From: Octopus sinensis
Lineage: Eukaryota
Length of the DNA stretch: 64,000 bases
Direction: 5' to 3'
Assembly (NCBI RefSeq): GCF_006345805.1
Contig: NC_043025.1
Location: forward strand, 11,098,001-11,162,000
Below, one piece after another: positions 63,600-64,000 of this stretch. Under the pieces are notes generated by a model that saw only the letters and a program-made list of their open reading frames with translations, was not told the DNA's origin and made no database searches. Each line of letters starts with the position of its first letter. The first letter of the stretch is position 1. Position numbers and translations under genes: made by a program.

Positions 63600-63734
63600 G
63601 GAATTTTCATAATCAGACAATATCTGTGTAAAAGAATTTTCAGTAAATTTACCATTTTCATAATTGAAATTCTTATTGGATCCTCTAGGTGAAATAAATG
63701 GATTTTGAGCAGCAAAAATCTCGACAGATAATGG

Positions 63735-63920
63735 TGGAAGCACTCCGTCGGTTACAACGATGAGGGTTCCGGTTGATCCGAATCAACGGAACAGCCTGCT
63801 CGTGAAATTAACGTGTAAGTGGCTTAGCACTCCACAGACACGTGCACCCTTAACGTAGTTCTCGGGGATATTCAGCGTGACACAGAGAGTGACAAGGCCG
63901 GCCCCTTGAAATACAGGTAC
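63735..63920 (-). mobile_element. 5'-truncated SINE/LINE tail of the family shared by 27095 and 60352
   Basis: Reverse complement of tgtatttcaagggg...gaactacgttaagggt...gtaaccgacggagtgcttcc. Confidence 0.85.
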
Positions 63921-64000
63921 AAAAATTGTCGAAGGGTCTTTCTTGGGCTTCAAAGTAAGGGATAAGAGAAAATATGATGTGGACGAATATAAGGTTTGGT

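Overview
Repeat-saturated eukaryotic DNA, not prokaryotic. The SINE/LINE-tail families, (TA)n/(CAT)n tracts and TTAGGG repeats resemble those I associate with Octopus (inference, no search run). The only host gene I can support is two spliced + strand exons (20535-20662 and 25672-25836). They join in frame into a C-terminal SUMO-like domain with no di-Gly (NFATC2IP/NIP45/Rad60-like). Almost all other listed ORFs are read-throughs of tandem repeats. The rest is mobile DNA and satellites derived from it: a 4-copy macro-repeat with 3.9-5.9 kb units (1-18385) containing nested arrays, and tRNA-SINE arrays (177, 165, 280 and 184 bp units). There is also a dead DD37D (maT) transposon interrupted by a SINE, non-autonomous Helitrons including a head-to-tail concatemer, and four GG...CC elements with 8-9 bp TSDs, two of which carry telomeric repeats. 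Two CR1 LINE remnants are present, one containing a ~12.4 kb satellite of its own ORF2 end. The most notable non-obvious signal is a perfect 76-bp-stem palindrome (28263-28420) whose arms encode a minimal type I hammerhead ribozyme of the kind known from Penelope-like elements, with a degenerate relative at ~61.75 kb. Frequent small indels in the arrays (especially 43-54 kb) suggest long-read consensus noise, so copy numbers and single-base variants need caution.
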